64,000 bases of DNA from Takakia lepidozioides (Eukaryota; Plantae; Bryophyta). The position numbers and the translations under genes were made by a program. Below, piece after piece: positions 37,213 to 50,302 of the stretch; within the stretch, counting starts at the first letter, position 1; every line of letters starts with the position of its first letter. The DNA lies in NCBI GenBank assembly GCA_030704615.1, contig CM060734.1, forward strand, positions 3,162,001 to 3,226,000, given 5' to 3'. Below the pieces are notes generated by a model, which ran no database searches, was not told the DNA's origin, and saw only the letters and a list, made by a program, of their open reading frames with translations.

Positions 37213-40020
37213 ATGACGTATACGGCGGTTCCTAAGGGCTTACAGGAATTGCTTTGCCTTCAGTTTGAAGGATTTGGGAGCATGAAGGGTCAGGAGATTC
37301 GTATTGAGTTGGCCACGGACACGCCAATCTTTCGGAGACCCTATAGATACAGTGAAATGGAGAGGTCTTTGATTCAGATGAAGGACTCAAGATCTCTGGG
37401 AGGCTGGTTGGTGGAGCTCTCTGGTGGAGAGTATGCTTAGCCATGTGGTGTACAGCCAAGAAGGATGTCTATGGGCAATTGGACGGAGAGACGTATGTGC
37501 GGGGTTTACCGGCCTGTAAATCGTCAGACCAAGTCGATAAGTATGCCATGCACCCACCTGAGAGATCTTTGATGCCATTGGGCATGCCAAGGTCTCTTTA
37601 GCACTTTGGACTTGCGGTCCGGATATCACCAGTTGCGATCAAGGAGGCGACAAGCAGAAGAAGACGACATTCTGGGGGATCAATGAGCACGGGAAGGATT
37701 GCCTATATCAGTGGCGGTTCTTACCATTCGGGCTTAAGAACGCTCCTGCAGAGTTCCAGAGAGTCATGGACAGGATTCTAGCAGGGGTGGACTTTGCTCG
37801 GTGCTACATAGATGACATCATAATCTTAGTGCTACGGTGGGGGAGCACGAGAGACCCTTAGGTGGTGTTTGAGCGCTTGAGAGTGCACGGATTGAAAGTA
37901 CATCCGGGGTAGTGCAAGTTCTTCCACAACCAGATTGAGTATATGGGCAACATGATATATCCTGGAGGATTGGGGGTAACAGCAGACTAAGGTAGAGGCC
38001 CATCGCACAGATTCCACGGGCCCAACGGAGGTGAGCCAAGTTCGAGCTTTCATGGGGTTGGCAAACTACTATAGAGGGTTTGTCAAGGGATTTTGTGCTA
38101 TTGCAAAGGCTCTAACCAAGCTGACCAAGGTAGACCAGGAGTGGCAGTGGGAAGATGAGCAAGAGCGAGCTTTTCAGGAGTTCAAGGCGAGGTTGACCTC
38201 GGCGCCCATCTTGAGACGACCTATTAGGGGGCGTCCCTTTCAGCTGCATACAGATTGGAGCTTGTTGGGGCTTGGAGCAATGCTCACATAGGTGGATGAT
38301 GAGGGAAGAGAGTTCGTAGTGGCTTATGTTAGCCGCTCGAACAACGCTGCAGAGTCTAAGTATAGCTCATATAAGGGGGAGTGCTTAGTTGCAGTGTGGG
38401 CGGTGGCACACTTCAGGTGCTATCTATACGGCAATCTCTTCACTCTTGTCACGGACCACCAGCCACTCAAGTGGTTGATGGAGTCAAACAAGCTTACGGG
38501 GAAGCTTGCACAGTGGGCACTTATACTCCAAGAGTATGACTTTCAGGTTGTGCATCGACTGGGTTTGGTCAATAGGGATGAGGGTGGATTGAGTGGCAAT
38601 CCATGCACGAGCCAGCAGGATGACACTGGAGCTCGGTGGCATGGTGAGACGGATGAGGAGATGGTGTCGGGATGGCATGCATCTGCCTTTTTGTGTATCT
38701 TGGCATCGAGAGGTCAGATTGGACCTACAACAGGGATGACTGTAGATGGAGTGTTTGAGGACCCTGAGGCTAGTGATGAGCTAGGTGGTGCTAGAGATAT
38801 ACATGAGGATTCGGTTGTGTTGGACTACCTCCGCACTAGAGACACGACAGCTAGTGTGACTGCCAAGGAGAGGGATCGGATCCTACAACGAGCCAAGAGG
38901 TTCAAGTGGGAGGGGATACACCTGCTCCGAGTGTGGGAGGATGGTCGGGTGAGGATTGTGCCTCACTCAACACATCGTGCACGGTTAGTGCGGCATGCCC
39001 ATGAGGAGTTGGGGCATTTTGGAGTGCGACGCACTCATAGTTTATTGCAAGGGTAGTATTGATGGCGTGGTATGCACACAGAGGTGCAACAGTTCGGGGC
39101 TAGGTGCATGGTATGTGACAGGGTGCGTGCTTCATTCAACGCCCCTACACCACAGTTGCATCCATTACCATCATGGGATTGGGCTACAGGTGGAGTCTTG
39201 ACTTCGCAGGGCTTTTGCCACTGACGATGCGTCACCACAGATATGTGTTGGTGATGGTGGAGCACTTCTCCAAGTGGATTGAGTTGGTTCCATTGCATGG
39301 CAAGGCTAGTGATGGGGCTGCGTATGCATTCCTGGATCGTGTGCTTAGCCGATTCGGTGCTCCAGCTGAGGTACTCATGGACCAAGGGAGAGAGTTCTTG
39401 GGGGAGTTTCAGGCTTTGTGTGATAAAGCCTTGATAGACCAGCGCACCACTTCTCGGGACCATCTTGAGGCCGATGGCTTGGCAAAGAGAGTGGTTCAGA
39501 CAGTGAAGAGGGGTTTGCGCAAGTATGGCTTGCAAAAGGGACACCTAGGAGACTGGGATCTTCAAGTACCTTGGCTAGCCATGGGCTACAGGTTTAGCAA
39601 GCAAGCATCACTTGCCTCCTTCTCACCATATTTCCTTCTCTTTGGCCGAGAGCCGGATTTGCCTACATTTGTTCGTAGGGAGGCTGTAGTAGTCCTCAAC
39701 CTTGATGATCCGGATGTGTAGACACAAGCATGTGCCCAACGGGCAGAGTTGTTCAAGAGGGTCATGCCTATGGCTTTTAAGAACCTTGCTATTGCCCAAC
39801 ACCGAGACACATTGAGGTTTACCACTATATGTGGAGGGGGATATCGGCCAGGTGTTTGGCGTTTCCACCCTGGGGACTATGTGTATCTGTAGCAGATAGC
39901 GCCTACGACCTTGGATGTCACAGCAGGACGTGTGATTCTAAGGGTCAGGGAGGTTTTGCCTTCAGGAGTGTTGATTCTGGAGGGTCAAGATGGCATGGTA
40001 TGGAAGGACCATGTGCGTAA
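37213..40020 (+). pseudogene. pol: RT, RNase H, integrase
   Basis: PIFRRPYRYS, LPFGLKNAPAEFQR, YIDD, LHTDWS, TDHQPLKWL, HEELGH, SLDFAG, DQGREF. Many disruptions. Confidence 0.93.
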
Positions 40021-40094
40021 TTGTGCGCCATGTCACCTTCCACATGTGGATGGGAGGATAGATCCCAACCTTGCAGTGGTACCTGCAGGGATGC

Positions 40095-40240
40095 GTTGCA
40101 TGCTCTGTGGGCATGCTCGTGGTGCCGCCACTATGCTGGTGTGTGATCGATGCTCAAGAGGTTGGCACATGGGATGCTTGACACCACCTCTTGAGAGGGT
40201 TCCTGATAGAGATTGGTTATGTCCACACTGCTTGGGATAG
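40095..40240 (+). CDS. PHD finger at the integrase C-terminus
   Basis: CMLC...MLVCDRCSRGWHMGCLTPPLERVPDRDWLCPHC = C4HC3. Confidence 0.92.
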
Positions 40241-40499
40241 TGGTAGTGGATATAACTAGTGGCAGCTAACAAGTCATGGGAGGCCAAGCTCATAGGAGTC
40301 AATACCCGAGATCTCAGGCTCAAGTTCACAGTTGCAAGACGGCGACTAACGATGGGGCAACTCTTGTACCCGGCCTCTTGATCTATCGAGTTTGAGTGTA
40401 GTAGGGACAGTGGTGGAGCACTTAGTGAGACTTTGGCCACTATCACATCTTGTGGCTACTTGGACTTAGAGAGACCTAAGCGCCAGTTAAGGGGGCAAT

Positions 40500-41334
40500 T
40501 GTGATGGACTAGTGGCAGCCTAGTGGTTGGACCAGTGGTTGCACTAGTGGTGGCTAGTGGCAACCTAGTGGTGGACTAGTGGCTGCACTAGTGGTTGTCT
40601 AGTGGCAGCCTAGTGGTGCACTAGTGGTGGACTAGTGATAGACTAGTGTTTGGTGTGCACATGTGTTGTGTGGTTTTGGACATCGATGTAGTTGTGTAGC
40701 GATATGTATGCACACGACAGCTGTCAAGTTATTTTATCACTAGTGTGAAGTTAGCTAGGAAATAGCTAGCTTTTATATATTGACATTTGGGATTGATCCA
40801 AGTGTCAATCCAGGGGCCAATATATGTTTGGGCACCTGACATTGTTATCTTCACGACAAATTGCGGTGGGCTCATCTTTCTCGAGTTGAGCCTCACCGCG
40901 TCTAGCTATGGCGCCGTAGTGTGGATTCCCCATGGTGTGGGGTGCACTTGGCTCGACTTAATATATGAGTGATGTTTTCATGTGTAAATATGTAAGTTTG
41001 AGAGAGCTTGTGTGCTTGTATTATTCCTTTCCTTATCATTGTGATGGACTAGTGGCAGCCTAATGGTGGACTAGTGGCAGCCTATTGGTGGACTAGTGGC
41101 TGCACTAGTGGTGGCTAGTGGCAGCCTAGTGGTGGACTAGTGGCTGCACTAGTGGTGGCTAGTGGCAGCCTAGTGATGGACTAGTGGCTGCACTAGTGGT
41201 GACTAGTGGTTGTCTAGCGGCAGCCTAATGGTGCCCTAGTGGTGGACTAGTGATAGACTAGTGTTTGGTGTGCACATGTGTTGTGTGGTTTTGGACAGCG
41301 ATGTAGTTGTGTAGCGATATGTATGCGCACGACA
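40500..41334 (+). repeat. 3' repeat block B1 (40500-40719), GC, A2 (40722-41038), T, B2 (41040-41334)
   Basis: Purine tract AAGGGGG at 40489-40495 precedes B1. B1 and B2 share CTAGTGG units and the same 3' tail. A2 matches A1. Confidence 0.92.
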
Positions 41335-43429
41335 AAGCCACAAAACTCGGCTTTCTTCATCCTTTTGCTGACGAGGACGTTGTTGATCATGTTCCACATT
41401 ATCATTTGACATTGCATGTCCTCGCATTTCATCTCGCATATAGCAATCGTTTGCAGTCTTCGAGCATGTGGGTTGTACACGTGACAAGCCATGGTTGACA
41501 AGCCATGGTTGTCCAGCCGTTCGTCAATCTTTTGACATGATCGAACGTTACCCAACATTGGCCTAGATCACCGCCAGGTCTCATCCTATTGATGAGATCC
41601 ACGCCCGATGCAGGGCCAGCTATAGACATCTTGAATACATAACAGTCTTCGCTTTCAGATCCTTGTCCCGGGAATCTACTACCATGAATATAGTCATATC
41701 CGCACAATCGTTTCAGAGTCAATAATCCCTCTATTTCTCCTGCAGGGAGTATATCTGACTTGGCATTGTACACAAGATTTCGGACATTTGTTGTCATAGT
41801 GAGGGAAGCTGCGACATCGATTGCACGTTGGAATTGAACATCTGTGAGTGTATTGTTCTCATTGAAGTCATCTTTCAAAAGTATAATGTCAAACAATAGT
41901 TTCTTCCCCACCTCCAGCTTGACAGAGGTTGTGCCAGACCCTCAGTTTTTGATAACCTCTTCCCCCACCGCAGACTTAATATATCTCGAAATGCTCCTAC
42001 ACGGTGATGGACATATGGAATGCGAATGATGCCCACAATGCACTGCCATTTTAGAGAAAACAACGCCCTTTAAGGGTACAACATACCACATCTTTGCATG
42101 ACAAACACCTGTACATGTGGGAGATAATTTGCAGTGTGCACATACGAATGTGTCTTTTGAGACAGTGACACCGACTCTGCAGGGATCCTTCGACTTCCCC
42201 ACAAAATTGCTAGAATTTTGAGACTTAACTCGCAAGAGATGAGGGCACAAATTGTTCTCGCATTCGAAAGCTCCTGCACAAACGACATATTGGAGCATAT
42301 ACTGTGGCATTGACACCTTGGACATAGATTTTGTTATGCACCAGGGGTGACTATCGTGCTTCCTATCCATGCCAATCAATCCGCACCTATCATTTTGCTG
42401 CTCTTCGTTGTAGGGTATTTCAAAGATAATGTTACTATCAAAATCAGATGGCAGAAATTCCACAACCTCGTGTCGAAAAACTGAGAAGTCGTTTGAGGCG
42501 ATCCCAGGACCACGTGGCAAAGACAGCAAGCACTGGAATACATATATAGGGACCATAGGAGAGCATTGTGGGTCCTTGGTGTTGAATTCAACAGGAATCT
42601 CCGTAGTCTTCGTTTTACTGGAGTCAGCACCTCTAGAAGACAACTCCACGGTATCAACCACATCGTCAGGCTGCAAAATCGTTGACTGCAATGACTTAAC
42701 CCCCCTCACAATGTAATCCAAATTGTCACCAGCATCTAAAATCCAAACTCTTTGTCCATCTCGAATCTCGTTGTCCAAGAGAACTGAGTCCACATCGTCC
42801 GGAAGCTGTTGATAATTTTGTGATTTCAAGGCAATACCCTCAATGTAAATTGAACCGAGTTTAAACCCAAAACGATAAGATAAAAACGATTCGACAACCT
42901 CGCAGAGTCCGTCGCTCTTTGCAAGCATTCTTACTCTGGTAGATTTTGAGTCAGAAGACGACACAAGGACAAATCGCCTCTCGTGAAAAGAGCACGGAAA
43001 TGAATGATCCATGTAGAAAGAATGTGCCCTCCTGGCGTCACACTCCTAGCCACCATTGAACCAAACCAGCTACACTAAAAACCGGCCCCACCATTCCCAA
43101 AGTATCTTAACCACTCGGAACCCATCATAACGTTATTACTGCATGTCCAACACACATATCCCACTTCCATACCCATAACCTTCCATCCCATCTTGCACCA
43201 TCTACTCATACGCATTTGGGATATGAAAGTCACCATCCCCCTCCCCCGTACCCCCACCCCTCCTACACCATCCACCTGGCCCCTCACCCAACTTGTTTCC
43301 CAGGGTTAACCCAAGCAAGGCTTGGATAAGGGCGCTGTCAGACCTTCCTCTTGCCCCTCTCATGTCTTCTGATCGCTCTACCATCAGAGTAAGCCCTCCC
43401 CCGTACCCCCACCCCTCCTAATGCCGGCA

Positions 43430-44200
43430 CACTATAGGAAAAGGGGGGGGTTTAGTGACGCCGCGGAAACGGCGCAGCCACGCTGCGGCGTCACTAAACG
43501 CCGCTTTTGAGGCAGGGGCGCAGGTGCCCTTTTGCCACGCCCAGGTGTGGCACGACCGTCCCTGGGGCGTCACTAATCGGACGTCGCATAAAAGCAACGG
43601 ATGGGGATTGCAAGCCGCTAACCCCTCCAGTGACGCCCCACCGTCGCTTCTTGGCCATCCAGGGCTTTGGGGGGGACCTCCTTGTAGCCACGCCCGGCCG
43701 TTGCTACCATCCCCTCGACGGCGTTGGTTAGGGCGACGGCTCGGCGTGGCAACCAAATTTTTTTTTTTTTTCCATGCCCGGACTAAAAAAACCCCACGTG
43801 GCGGAGGGGGGGTTAGGCTTAGCCACCCAGTGGCGTCGCTAACAGACACGCCACGGCGTTGCATGGGGAGACCCCGTCGCCTCAGTGCAGTCGCCCATTG
43901 CGACTCCGGGGCGTGGTTTCTTGCGACGCTCGGGGATGGCTGGGTGCCTTTTTTTACAAAAAACAAACAGGTGGGGGAGGCCATGTGTTGGGCTCAGGGA
44001 CGCCGAGGCGTCGCAGCTAGCCACCCCCGAACGTCGCACAGAAGAAAAACCCGTCGCATGGGGGGGTCCAGCTTTGCCACTGCGTTGCTGCTAGCCATGC
44101 CCGGCCGTGGCTAGTTGCGACCCCCATCCGTGGCAAGCCTAAAAAACCCGTCGCAAGGGCGCTGGCCCAAGCGACGCCCTGGGGTGGCAATGCGGGTGGT
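43430..44200 (+). mobile_element. CACTA (En/Spm) terminus with subterminal repeats
   Basis: CACTATAGGAAAAGGGG followed by many direct and inverted G(T/C)GACG / CGTC(A/G)C motifs. Confidence 0.75.
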
Positions 44201-44466
44201 GAGGGGGCGGGGGGGGGGGGGGGGGGGGTTCATTTTGGGGGGTGAATTGGGGGTGATTTAGGGTTTTTCCCTGGTTTCTTTCTTGGGTGTTGGAAGACAT
44301 TAGAGCTTCCATTGCACTGATTTAACAGGTACTCAATTCTGTTTATTGCATTGGTTCAAGCAAGCATGAATCGAGGGTGAGGCCATGCGACACATGAATA
44401 AGATGGAAGATGGAAATATATGTACAAATGGAAATATATTTACAAGCAACGAGCTGAATTCTTTGC

Positions 44467-44875
44467 TCACAAGGGTTCAATAGACTGACACTGGGACCTA
44501 CACGGACTAGGACTACTCATCCTCATCCTCATCCTCATCCTCAGAGGAGGAGTCATAGCTATCCGATGAGCCCGATGACTCCACGCCCTTCGCCTGAGCA
44601 CATAAACCAGGCGCAAACAAGGATAAGTTGCAGAGGGCACGCGAATCAACAACAATCCGCCTTGAGAAGCACGAATCCACACACCTCCCCTAACTCCCAC
44701 AGAGCTCTCATCCAATCCCTGGCCATGACCCCCCCCCCCCCCCTCAGCCATACTAGTGCTTTGTAGTGCACTCATCCCCTCCGTCTTGGCCATGTTGGTC
44801 ATGAGGGATTGCCAACCATGCTCCTTGGCGTAGTCGTACTCTACCAGAGAGGGAAACCTCTCAAACGTGGTTTCC
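44467..44875 (-). pseudogene. Probable last exon of a CACTA-associated gene, unknown product
   Basis: Acceptor-like ...gtatgtgtag|GAAACC and open frame ETTFERFPSLVEYDYAKEHGWQSLM; GAGGAT repeats near the end. Confidence 0.35.
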
Positions 44876-47800
44876 TACACATACCACAAATTAAAGTCAG
44901 TTGTCAAGTTAAATAAACACAGTGTGAAACTAATTAGAATAAAGCTAGTTATTTGTATTTAACACTTGGATTTAGTTCAAGTGTTAAGTCAGGTGTCAAG
45001 TTTAGCTTGACACCTGAACCATCTTATCTTCACGAGAGCGTCAGTCGTGCGGCTCATCTCTCTCGAGTTGAGCCTGCACGACTGAGCTCCTTCACTGCTT
45101 AGAATCTGAGTGTGCTTATGAAGGGAGAATAGGATGTTGTGGGGGTGGAGTCCCCATAGCTTGGGGTGCCCCTGGCTTGACTCTTAGTTTAACGAGTGAT
45201 GGTGTTGTATTTCATGTCCTTGTGTCAACCGTGTGAGTTTAGTTTACATATTACTGGAGAGAGATGAGCTTGTATCTGCGAATGCAGGATATGAGTTTAG
45301 TTTTAGCACTTGTGGTTTTGGTTTTGAAGCCTGTGATAGCAAGGTTGTAGAGATTACCGACATTCAGGTACTCTGTATAGTTAGATGGAACATTTTTAAG
45401 TGATTAAGAAGGAACGGCGATTGTTGTACAGCCGCCACCACTTGGTCACGGAAGTTGTTGTCGTATCAACTAGCTTATCAGGTTCAATGCTAGCGATCTT
45501 TTGTGGTTGACTAGTGGATGTCGAGCTGTTATGGCAGCAAAACTAGATATGTGTATTTGATGCTACAAGGTGGAGCATGAACGTGGCCAAGGGTATTGGC
45601 CGTTTGGTGGATATACGCACATATTTTTCGCTATGTGGCATGTCGATGTTGCTTGCTCTGGTTGGATCAGCTGCCCTTGGAACTATCTTTGTCATTTAAT
45701 CATGACTGTAGGCACAAGGCCAGAGGTCGACGGTTGCTGCTCGGCAAGTTGGTGAAAATCTCGTAGGTATTTTGTTTTCATAAAATATTGCGAACGCTGG
45801 ATCACCTGGCCGGATACCCGATTGGCAGCAGACATCATAGTCATTGCATACCGGGGCATTCATAAATTTATGAAGAAAGGGGCAGCCCGTGAGCAGTGGG
45901 GATTATCGTGGGCTAAGGTGGCTAGCCGTAGCGTTGGACGATACTCCGGGTGCAAGAATTCTTTTGCTCAGATGGGTTTGGGCAAGAAGAGGAGCTGCCA
46001 CGATTATTTCCCTGCAAATGGAAAAGATGAGGTTGAACTAAGCACTGCCGCTGATCCAGGTTGTGAAATAAGCTGGAAAATTGGAAGTCATCGAGCAATT
46101 CTGATCAGGATACGATTGTGAACACGGTCCTTGCATTCCCTCAATCGTTTCTGTTCTATGGGTTTCGACTTTGATATTTGCTGGTGCCAGGAGATGGGCG
46201 TTTCTCAAGTACGAGGGTGTCAAGGTGGGAGTTAACAAATCAGAAAACCTGTGTAGGCAAGAGTCGGGGCATGGGTGGCCCTGGATGGAAGCCTAGTGGG
46301 CGATCACAGCTCCATGGGATTGTAGTCGTTCTGCATTTTAGCATTTTGACTGTGAGAGACATAATTACCTGCATCAAGGTAGTTTCAGAATGGAATGATT
46401 TATAAGCTGAAAGCCAATGAAGGCGATTGAAGATTTGAATGAGGGCACGAAGCCGGTACCTGTGGATCCTGCGTAGTTGAGATTCGTCAATCGATGGTTC
46501 CCATGATGTCAGGGCAACTTGAGTGTTTGTAGCGACATGCACCATCCCTACGGTGGCAGAGAACGCATGGGGGCCGTGGTGATGGTGGGGCTTTGTTAAT
46601 CAGCTAGGGCTGTCTAGATATGATCAGATGTGGGGGCAGCTCATCGATCGTCGAAGAAGTCAGATTTTCAGAGTCGTTGGTGTTAGCAACAGGGACAGAA
46701 ACGGGCTGGATCATAGCAGGCATTGGAGAAATGAACCTGAGAATATGGGCCCTAGAGCTACAATGGTGTTACATCTCCAGTGGGAGTTAATCCATAGATG
46801 TGATCTGCAGCGACGGTGGAAGTGACGGTGAAATCAGAGGAGAGCAGTATACTGGGAACCAAGAGCAAGCCTGTGGTGGTGCGTTTGTAAACACAAATGA
46901 AATCTTGGGAATTATAGGCCACGCTGCCAGGGAGTATGTGAGAACTACATGAACATGCTCGTAACCCGTAGATAACATGGGAACAGCTTTTAGTGGCGAG
47001 AACGTTTTGGTGTTAAAAATAAAAAATAATTAAAAAAAAACCCTTTTGATCTAATTTCAATGATTTAGAGCCTAATTGGTCATATCTTTGTCAAATGGAC
47101 TCCGTTTGACTCAGTTTTTGAGGGGATGGCTGTAGAAAGGGGAAATCTACCTGGTTTTAGTTTTTTGGACTCTGCTAAAAATCTATGGAATTTTTTGAGT
47201 GTGGGTGAGAGTGTGAGGGTGCTATGAAAGATCCACAATTCTGTTTCTAGAACCTGTTGTGGTTTACATGAGAGACAAATCTGTGGATGTCCTCCTTGTA
47301 TGGCTGGGGGAAATGAGGACGTAATTGAAGGGCAGGTCTCTTCTCTTAGCCTGTGCACATAAGGGGACAAGATCTATGTTTTTCAAGGAACTCAGACTGA
47401 ATTGAGTGGAGAGCAGTTGGACGAGTTGATTACATACTGGGAGTCAGGCATTAGCAATAGACAACAAACTGCAGTAGTGGGCGTTGAGGGCCTCAATATT
47501 GCTTTGGACAGTCAGAACACTGTTGGAGCACACAGTTCTGTAGTTGTAGGTGAAATACCAAAATGGGTGGAAGCTAGGCTTGGAACACAGCCAAAGACAG
47601 CCCCGGGGACCAAGGTGTTCAGCCAAGAGGAGCAAGAGCTACACAAGTTTGTGCAATCAGACATGGTTGCAGTCGGACACGCTCTACACGGGGCAACCAC
47701 GAGCGGGCGTTCATTAGCAATGAAAAGTTTGTTCTGCTTGAAGGAGATGCAGTCATTCGCAATGAGGACACCCACAACCGTCTCAAAGCTTTCAAGTGCA

Positions 47801-47902
47801 GGTGCCCTGAGCCACTGGGATATGACCCTTAAATTGCAACAGGTGCCCACCCGTGTCACTATTAGAGTTAATACTAGAGCCTTATAGTGTCACGTAGGGG
47901 AG

Positions 47903-49538
47903 GTGCACGTTATGAGTGTCAACACGGAGTTACCCAAGGGTTTTGAGGGGAGTACGGCTACAGGTAGTAGTAGTGAGAGTGGGTTCACAAGACGAGGTAT
48001 TCGGTTCAGACCACCTTCATCTCCACCCTCGACTACTGTAGAGTCCGACACAGACCCGGAGGCTTCATCAACAGGGGTGCAGTTTTCTTCGCCATTGTTG
48101 TGGGACGACATGGAGGAGATGTATGGAGCTACCAAGGGGCCTCGTAGGTACTCTGGAGCTATGGGCACAAACGAGCTGGATGACTTTATCCAGGAGTTCG
48201 ACAGCTGGTGTGATTTGCAGCAGATGCGCAATCCACAGCTGTTCATCCCATTCATGGCGTGGAAGGGACTGTTCCAGCATTTGGAAGGTCTGCCTATGGA
48301 CGATTATCACGAGTTCAGGTGAGGACATGAAGCAGAGATTGAGGAGTGGAGGATGTATTGGTCACCTGACTACGTCTCCATTACTCGAGGCACGACGCGA
48401 CCAGTAGCTGCATCAGCACCAATATCTCCCACTGCCAGCACTAATAGTGGAACAAGTAGTGCCGGTACTTCAGCAGGTGGTACCAGTTCAAAAGGTGCTA
48501 CTACTCCTCCTGCCACGACTACAACACATGTGCCTAGATTCAACCCGGTGGTGGAGTTTTTCCTGGAGTTGCGGACGAACTACCAAGGCGTACGGACAGA
48601 AAAGCTGTGAAGTTTGCAAGACTTCCAGCGCAAATCCAGTGAGAGCTTGCGAGAGGCCTACACTCGTATGAGGCGCTTGATAAGTGTGACCCAAGGGGTT
48701 ACTGAAGCTCAGGCAGTCCAATTCTGGTATGGAATTTTAGACAAGGAGCTTAGGAGAAGGGTGCGGGATGCAACCCTATTACAAGCGGCCCAACCCCCAT
48801 TAGCAGATGTGTTTCTGTTGGCTGAGCGGATTCAGCTCAACATGGTGGAGGAGCGAGTTGTTACCATTAGATTTGGCAAGGACATGCCTGCACGAGGCGC
48901 AGCTGCCAGCCAACAAGTATAAGGGACTGCTCAACAGCGTGGTCAAGAGGGCAAGGTTGCCCAACCCAAATTCCATGGAGCTTACAGGAGACCTTAGGTG
49001 CAGAGGCCAGTAGCATCTTTTGCAAGCCAACAGCAACCTGGGGTGATATGTTGGACATGTGGAGGACCTCATGTCAAGAAAGATTGCCCAGAGAGTGGCA
49101 AAAGGTCGGCACAAGCACAGCCTGCACAGTTGCAGTGTGGGCATTGTGGCAAGTATGGGCATGGAGATGCCCAGTGTTATGACTTGCACCCTGAGTTGCG
49201 GCAAGGCCAGTTCCAAGGGAACAATGGTGGCCGAGGGCGAGGTAGAGCACCTCAGAGAGGACGAGGTGGTCAGGCACAAGGTGTAGGACGAGGGCAAGCA
49301 TAGTATGGCCACGGACGTGGAGGTCAGGACGTTGACCAAGGCATGGCCAACCGGCTTCAGCAACTAGAGCAAAGGCTTGGTGCCATGGCCACAGCTCAGG
49401 TGGTACCAGCTCCAAGACCTGAGGGTCCACCTCCTGTTCCTCCTCAGCAGCATCATCCTGATGAAGGAGACATGGGAGGCATGGGATCTATGTGTGGGGC
49501 AGCACTACCACTAGTGCAGGTGGAGTCTGCTGCAGCCG
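47903..49538 (+). pseudogene. gag: Gag
   Basis: Paralog of 32835-34560 with in-frame stops. Confidence 0.88.
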
Positions 49539-50249
49539 TGTCGCGGCCCTTTGCCTTGAGGGCAGGGGGTCGGGACACATGAGGGGCTGCCCCTGTGGTG
49601 GGGGCAGTGGCAGCGATAGGTATGGGGGGCTGAAGCACCCTTGAGTGCCCAAGGCACTCACTAGGTGGAGCCCCGCACACCGGGTTGCGGTGGGGGTGGC
49701 TCCACAAGGGGTGGTGGTAGCTTAGCGGGACTTAGTGGGGGTGGCATAGGACTCACCATGGGGTGGAGACCTCGAGGTGGGAGTCGTGGGGGGTCTTGGG
49801 ACTCATCACGGTCCATTGGGGCCGCGGTGAGTGGGCCAAGACTCACCGCGACTCACCACCGGGAATCGAGGGTCTTCGTGGTGGTTCGCCATAAAATGGC
49901 ATGGCTGGTTGTGAAACCCCCTGCGGACAGCTACAGAAGTATATAGGGAGTAGTAACCCCGAGAACGGTGCAAGCCCGTTGGTGACCAAAAACTAGTGAG
50001 TAAGCGAGCGAGCCGGAAAGCGACCAAAGAGTGGGGAGCTGTTCCGGACTGCCAACTACCAAAGGGAATTCCCGCTGGTTCCAAATCGGTGGAGGGTTCA
50101 TGTTGGGAGAACAAAGGGGGACCGTTATGCCCCGGTGAGCAGCCGAAGCTCCAAGTTGGCCCGGCGGCCAGGTTGGGAGTCAGGCGCGCGCATCAAAGCG
50201 AGTAACTATGACTTGAAGGGGAGCTAACCGAAGTGAGGTGCGCGACACT

Positions 50250-50261
50250 TGGTATCAGAGC
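50250..50261 (+). promoter_or_regulatory. PBS complementary to tRNA-iMet (TGGTATCAGAGC)
   Basis: Canonical motif 2 nt after the LTR. Confidence 0.95.
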
Positions 50262-50302
50262 TTAGAGTTCATTACGCGATCGTCCTTGGGATTGGCCTCA
50301 TC

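Larger units (their letters stand above)
30329..41334 (+). mobile_element. Full-length DNMT- and PHD-carrying Ty3/Gypsy retrotransposon, A-internal-B-A-B ends
   Basis: TGTC...GACA ends; flanks AAGA/AAGC (4-bp TSD, one mismatch); removal restores the MULE reading frame. Order gag-PR-DNMT-RT-RH-INT-PHD. Confidence 0.9.
28000..43012 (-). pseudogene. MULE-type transposase gene (Cys/His-rich N-term, DDE core, SWIM finger), split by the 30329-41334 insertion
   Basis: CAGAFECENNLCP...CAHC...HCGHHSH; VTFDHVKR. AEFCGF|MADNAMANFRAVRSVFG...CAFHW rejoins in frame across the insertion. C-terminal PSCTC...PCKHIFFV near 28080-28170. Confidence 0.8.

Noticed and set aside
30329-41334. DIRS/PAT/Ngaro tyrosine-recombinase element
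   Set aside because: Despite split repeats it encodes a protease and a DDE integrase, has TG..CA ends and a probable TSD, and no YR motif was seen.
43418-44114. 188- and 219-aa ORFs
   Set aside because: GC-rich CACTA subterminal repeats with no domain signal.
44203-44228. Poly-G run / G-quadruplex
   Set aside because: Simple homopolymer with no supporting context.
47402-47887. 161-aa ORF before gag
   Set aside because: No recognisable motif and no counterpart in copy 1.
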